Of a DNA stretch of 64,000 bases, positions 62,314 through 64,000 are shown piece after piece; within the stretch, counting starts at the first letter, position 1; each line of letters opens with the position of its first letter. Made by a program: the position numbers and the translations under genes. The stretch is from Nitrospirota bacterium (GTDB taxonomy: Bacteria; Nitrospirota; Thermodesulfovibrionia; Thermodesulfovibrionales; Dissulfurispiraceae), in the NCBI GenBank assembly GCA_963790025.1, contig CAWBMP010000004.1, forward strand, positions 1,600,001-1,664,000. Reading direction: 5' to 3'. The notes beneath the pieces were generated by a model, which worked only from the letters and a program-made list of their open reading frames with translations, was not told the DNA's origin and ran no database searches.

Positions 62314-64000
62314 TCTCCAAGTTCTTTATAGAGCGGCCCATTTTTGCAAATGTTATCGCAGTGATCACAATAGTGATCGGGCTTGTGTTCCTGAGCGGCC
62401 TTCCTGTTGCTCAATATCCACAGATCGTTCCGCCAACGATCCAGGTCACCACGCGGTATCCCGGTGCGAGCGCCGAAGTCGTCGCGCAAACGATTGGGGT
62501 GCCTATAGAACAAGCCGTCAACGGCGTCGAAGGGTCCCTCTATATGTCGTCTACCAGCGGCAGCGACGGCAGTTACTCCCTGACTATAACCTTTGATGTA
62601 GGGACCGACCTGAATAAGTCGATAGCCCTGGTCCAAAATCTCGTAAACAGTTCCCTCGCCCAATTGCCCGGGTCAGTTGGGCAACAAGGCGTCACTGTCA
62701 AGAAAATCTCTCCTAATATATTGCTGGTTGTAAGCCTATATTCCGACGACGAACGGTTCGACGAAGTTTTTCTCTCCAACTACGGTCTTATCAATATTCA
62801 AAACCCTCTGGCGCGTCTTCCGGGAATAGCCCAGGTGAGGATCTTCGGCGCAGGTCCTTACAGCATGAGGGTCTGGCTGGACCCTAAAAGACTCCAGAGT
62901 TTCGGCCTTACTCCAGCCGATGTCCTCACCGCTATCCAGGGCCAGAATGTCCAGGTAGTCTCCGGACAGCTTGGGGCCCCGCCGGTACCGAATGATCAAC
63001 CGTTGCAGTTAACTGTCACGGCCCTTGGCCGCTTATCGGATGAGAGCCAATTTGAAAATATAATTGTAAAAGCCACTACCGGAGCAGCGGCGCAGATAGT
63101 GAGGGTCCGCGATATAGGCCGCGTGGATTTGAGCCAGCAGAATTTCAGCAACTATTCCCGGTTTACCGGGCACAAATCGGCCCAGGTAGTTGTTTTTGCA
63201 TTACCGGAAGCTAATGCCATATCTGTCGCCGACACCGTCTATGCGGCCATGGCTGACATGAGCAAGACATTTCCCGAAGGCCTCAAATATGGCATAAGGT
63301 ACGATACCACCAGATTTGTCCGCGAGGCCATTTCAAAGGTATATGAGACACTTATCATAGCAGGCGTCCTCGTGCTGATCGTGATCCTCGTATTCCTGCA
63401 AAATTTCAGGGCCACATTGGTTCCGGCAACGACTGTTCCGGTAACTATTATCGGCGCTTTCATTGCGATAGCCGCCCTCGGCTTCACTATAAACCTGATG
63501 ACCCTGTTTGCCCTGGTCCTTTCTATCGGCATAGTTGTGGATGATGCCATTGTCATTGTAGAGAACAGTTCCTACCATATCGAAAAGGGAATGCCGCCCA
63601 AAGAAGCAACGATAAAAGCCATGAATGAGCTGACAGGACCTGTAATGGGCATAACCCTGGCCCTCGTTGCGGTCTTCCTGCCGGCCGCCTTCCTGCCGGG
63701 CATCACCGGGCAGCTATTCCGGCAGTTCGCCCTTGTTATAGCCGCCACCTCTGTTATCAGCGCCATGAATGCGCTTACGTTAAAACCTGTGCAGTGCGCT
63801 TACTGGCTGAGACCCCGCGGCGACAAACCTCCGAACTGGTTTTATCGGGGATTCAACAAGGGATTTCAGTCCGTGACGAACGTCTATATTGGGGCCGTTA
63901 CCAGAATGGTGAAAAGGCCACTCCTGTTCATTGTCATATTCGCCGTTATTATTAATGTTACATTTTTTGTTTTTATAAGCCGTCCGACAGGGTTTCTTCC
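62310..64000 (+). CDS. RND efflux permease (AcrB/MexB family), truncated by the window end
   Basis: ATG at 62310 overlaps the MFP stop; MISKFFIERPIFANVIA..LPVAQYPQIVPP, MRVWLDP, IGIVVDDAIVIVEN; absent from the ORF track because there is no stop in the window. Confidence 0.95.
   Translation, partial: MISKFFIERPIFANVIAVITIVIGLVFLSGLPVAQYPQIVPPTIQVTTRYPGASAEVVAQTIGVPIEQAVNGVEGSLYMSSTSGSDGSYSLTITFDVGTDLNKSIALVQNLVNSSLAQLPGSVGQQGVTVKKISPNILLVVSLYSDDERFDEVFLSNYGLINIQNPLARLPGIAQVRIFGAGPYSMRVWLDPKRLQSFGLTPADVLTAIQGQNVQVVSGQLGAPPVPNDQPLQLTVTALGRLSDESQFENIIVKATTGAAAQIVRVRDIGRVDLSQQNFSNYSRFTGHKSAQVVVFALPEANAISVADTVYAAMADMSKTFPEGLKYGIRYDTTRFVREAISKVYETLIIAGVLVLIVILVFLQNFRATLVPATTVPVTIIGAFIAIAALGFTINLMTLFALVLSIGIVVDDAIVIVENSSYHIEKGMPPKEATIKAMNELTGPVMGITLALVAVFLPAAFLPGITGQLFRQFALVIAATSVISAMNALTLKPVQCAYWLRPRGDKPPNWFYRGFNKGFQSVTNVYIGAVTRMVKRPLLFIVIFAVIINVTFFVFISRPTGFL

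Overview
This window is the origin-of-replication region of a Gram-negative, probably anaerobic bacterium. Gene content suggests Nitrospirota, Thermodesulfovibrionia-like; this is inference, not a search result. From 18 to 52 kb it is mostly core genome: gyrB-dnaN-dnaA, a candidate oriC with DnaA-trios, frameshifted prfB, lnt, kdsB-pyrG, ftsH, parAB, a class A PBP, an unusual receiver-domain/LpxC fusion, uvrC, ctpA-envC-ftsXE and split transketolase. From 52 to 64 kb there is a beta-barrel/multiheme-cytochrome/ArsR module, a frameshifted sigma54 activator and an RND efflux operon that runs off the window. The most novel part is 8-18 kb. One base after the gyrB stop codon is what looks like a Tn7-like transposon end: 5'-TGT followed by three tandem TGCARTAAAGTTTT sites at 21-22 bp period. 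This suggests the gyrB 3' end is an attachment site, and gyrA does not follow gyrB here. Inside that end is AT-rich cargo: a DUF4760-like/SET-domain gene pair; a separately promoted four-gene operon (Fe-S flavoprotein, membrane protein, radical SAM/SPASM-GNAT fusion, pyruvoyl arginine decarboxylase) that matches no pathway I recognise; a restriction-like nuclease; and nested IS21/RAYT remnants. I saw no tns genes, second transposon end, CRISPR array, tRNA or rRNA. All family calls come from motif recognition by eye; no database searches were run.
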